Below are positions 60,535 to 64,000 of a DNA stretch of 64,000 nt, one piece after another. Under the pieces are notes generated by a model, which was not told where the DNA came from, searched no databases, and saw nothing but the letters and a program-made list of their open reading frames with translations. Origin of the DNA: Nemertoderma westbladi. Its lineage: Eukaryota; Animalia; Xenacoelomorpha. A program made the translations under genes and the position numbers. The DNA lies in NCBI GenBank assembly GCA_032718475.1, contig JAUCBJ010000166.1, positions 1 through 64,000 of the forward strand. The letters are read 5' to 3'. Each line of letters opens with the position of its first letter. Position 1 is the stretch's first letter.

Positions 60535-63500
60535 AGTCTGTGTAATAAGTTCAACCCCACTAATTAATGGTTCTGTGTAATCAGTTCATACCTACTAATT
60601 AATGGTTCTGAGTAATCAGTTGAACCCCACTAATTAATGGTTCTGTGTAATCAGTTCAACCCCACTAATTAATGGTTCTGTGTAATCAGTTCAACCCCAC
60701 TAATTAATGGTTCTGTGTAATCAGTTCATACCCACTAATTAATGGTTCGGTGTAATCAGTTCAACCCCACTAATTAATGGTTCTGTGTAATCAGTTCAAC
60801 CCCACTAATTAATGGTTCTGTGTAATCAGTTCAACCCCACTAATTAATGGTTCTGTGTAATCAATTCAACCCCACTAATTAATGGTTCTGTGTAATCAGT
60901 TCATACCCACTAATTAATGGTTCTGTGTAATCAGTTCATACCCACTAATTAATGGTTCTGAGTAATCAGTTCATACCCACTAATTAATGGTTCTGTGTAA
61001 TCAGTTCATACCCACTAATTAATGGTTCTGTGTAATCAGTTCAACCCCACTAATTAATGGTTCTGTGTAATCAGTTCATACCCACTAATTAATGGTTCTG
61101 TGTAATCAATTCAACCCCACTAATTAATGGTTCTGAGTAATCAGTTCATACCCACTAATTAATGGTTCTGTGTAATCAGTTCATACCCACTAATTAATGG
61201 TTCTGAGTAATCAGTTCATACCCACTAATTAATGGTTCTGAGTAATCAGTTGAACCCCACAAATTAACGGTTCTGTGTAATCAGTTTATCCCCACTAATT
61301 AATGGTTCGGTGTAATCAGTTGAACCCCACATATTAATGGTTCTGTGTAATCAGTTGAACCCCACTAATTAATGGTTCTGTGTAATCAGTTCATACCCAC
61401 TAATTAATGGTTCTGTGTAATCAATTCAACCCCACTAATTAATGGTTCTGAGTAATCAGTTCATACCCACTAATTAATGGTTCTGTGTAATCAGTTCATA
61501 CCCACTAATTAATGGTTCTGAGTAATCAGTTGAACCCCACAAATTAACGGTTCGGTGTAATCAGTTCATCCCCACTAATTAATGGTTCGGTGTAATCAGT
61601 TGAACCCCACATATTAATGGTTCTGTGTAATCAGTTCATCCCCACTAATTAATGGTTCGGTGTAATCAGTTGAACCCCACATATTAATGGTTCTGTGTAA
61701 TCAATTCAACCCCACTAATTAATGGTTCTGAGTAATCAGTTCATACCCACTAATTAATGGTTCTGTGTAATCAGTTCATACCCACTAATTAATGGTTCTG
61801 AGTAATCAGTTCATACCCACTAATTAATGGTTCTGAGTAATCAGTTGAACCCCACAAATTAACGGTTCTGTGTAATCAGTTCATCCCCACTAATTAATGG
61901 TTCGGTGTAATCAGTTGAACCCCACATATTAATGGTTCTGTGTAATCAGTTCATCCCCACTAATTAATGGTTCGGTGTAATCAGTTGAACCCCACATATT
62001 AATGGTTCTGTGTAATCAATTCAACCCCACTAATTAATGGTTCTGAGTAATCAGTTCATACCCACTAATTAATGGTTCTGAGTAATCAGTTAATACCCAC
62101 TAATTAATGGTTCTGAGTAATCAGTTGAACCCCACAAATTAACGGTTCTGTGTAATCAGTTCATACCCACTAATTAATGGTTCTGAGTAATCAGTTGAAC
62201 CCCACAAATTAACGGTTCTGTGTAATCAGTTCATACCCACTAATTAATGGTTCTGAGTAATCAGTTGAACCCCACAAATTAACGGTTCTGTGTAATCAGT
62301 TCATACCCACTAATTAATGGTTCTGAGTAATCAGTTCATACCCACTAATTAATGGTTCTGAGTAATCAGTTGAACCCCACAAATTAACGGTTCTGTGTAA
62401 TCAGTTCATCCCCACTAATTAATGGTTCGGTGTAATCAGTTGAACCCCACATATTAATGGTTCTGTGTAATCAGTTCATCCCCACTAATTAATGGTTCGG
62501 TGTAATCAGTTGAACCCCACATATTAATGGTTCTGTGTAATCAATTCAACCCCACTAATTAATGGTTCTGAGTAATCAGTTCATACCCACTAATTAATGG
62601 TTCTGTGTAATCAGTTCATACCCACTAATTAATGGTTCTGAGAAATCAGTTGAACCCCACAAATTAACGGTTCTGTGTAATCAGTTCATCCCCACTAATT
62701 AATGGTTCGGTGTAATCAGTTGAACCCCACATATTAATGGTTCTGTGTAATCAGTTCATACCCACTAATTAATGGTTCTGTGTAATCAATTCAACCCCAC
62801 TAATGAATGGTTCTGAGTAATCAGTTCATACCCACTAATTAATGGTTCTGTGTAATCAATTCAACCCCACTAATTAATGGTTCTGAGTAATCAGTTCATA
62901 CCCACTAATTAATGGTTCTGCGTAATCAGTTCATACCCACTAATTAATGGTTCTGTGTAATCAGTTCATTCCCACTAATTAATGGTTCTGAGTAATCAGT
63001 TCATCCCCACTAATTAATGGTTCGGTGTAATCAGTTGAACCCCACATATTAATGGTTCTGTGTAATCAGTTCATACCCACTAATTAATGGTTCTGTGTAA
63101 TCAGTTCATACCCACTAATTAATGGTTCTGTGTAATCAGTTCAACCCCACTAATTAATGGTTCGGTGTAATCAGTTTAACCCCACTAATTAATGGTTCTG
63201 TGTAATCAGTTCATACCCACTAATTAATGGTTCTGTGTAATCAATTCAACCCCACTAATTAATGGTTCTGAGTAATCAGTTCATACCCACTAATTAATGG
63301 TTCTGTGTAATCAGTTCATACCCACTAATTAATGGTTCTGAGTAATCAGTTCATACCCACTAATTAATGGTTCTGAGTAATCAGTTGAACCCCACAAATT
63401 AACGGTTCTGTGTAATCAGTTCATCCCCACTAATTAATGGTTCGGTGTAATCAGTTGAACCCCACATATTAATGGTTCTGTGTAATCAGTTCATACCCAC

Positions 63501-64000
63501 TAATTAATGGTTCTGTGTAATCAATTCAACCCCACTAATTAAAGTTTCTGAGTAATCAGTTCATACCCACTAATTAATGGTTCTGTGTAATCAGTTCATA
63601 CCCACTAATTAATGGTTCTGTGTAATCAGTTCATACCCACTAATTAATGGTTCTGAGTAATCAGTTCATACCCACTAATTAATGGTTCTGAGTAATCAGT
63701 TCATACCCACTAATTAATGGTTCTGAGTAATCAGTTGAACCCCACAAATTAACGGTTCTGTGTAATCAGTTCATACCCACTAATTAATGGTTCTGAGTAA
63801 TCAGTTGAACCCCACAAATTAACGGTTCTGTGTAATCAGTTCATACCCACTAATTAATGGTTCTGAGTAATCAGTTGAACCCCACAAATTAACGGTTCTG
63901 TGTAATCAGTTCATACCCACTAATTAATGGTTCTGAGTAATCAGTTCATACCCACTAATTAATGGTTCTGAGTAATCAGTTGAACCCCACAAATTAACGG
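60535..64000. repeat. 35-bp satellite, about 99 copies, running off the window end
   Basis: Unit cccactaattaatggttctgWgtaatcagttcaWM. Confidence 0.97.

Overview
AT-rich, intron-containing animal (invertebrate-type) genomic DNA, not prokaryotic. Genes reconstructed by reading splice sites: (1) a kainate-class ionotropic glutamate receptor on + (7 exons, 968-11239; the 5' exon(s) lie upstream of the window); (2) a 4-exon CIMIP1/C20orf85-like ciliary gene on - (37140 to 16646) that the ORF track misses, whose 18-kb first intron holds (3) an intronless ACOT8/TesB-type thioesterase on +; (4) an intronless TPR protein ending in a CaaX box, head-to-head with gene 2; (5) the 5' part of a paired-class homeobox gene (about 45.3 kb to beyond 64 kb) whose introns are filled with satellites. 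Mobile DNA includes a CR1/L2-group LINE, RTE remnants, a DINE-1/HINE-like non-autonomous family flanked by ACA (one copy nested in another, with cargo), a Harbinger MITE, hATm-like and Crypton-like relics, a minimal hammerhead ribozyme and a tRNA-derived palindrome. The most unusual signal is that several tandem arrays are amplified gene parts: about 60 copies of a putative start-codon exon plus splice donor, 6 copies of a homeobox exon end plus donor, and about 20 copies of the receptor's last 13 codons plus stop. All calls come from reading the sequence by eye; no searches were run.
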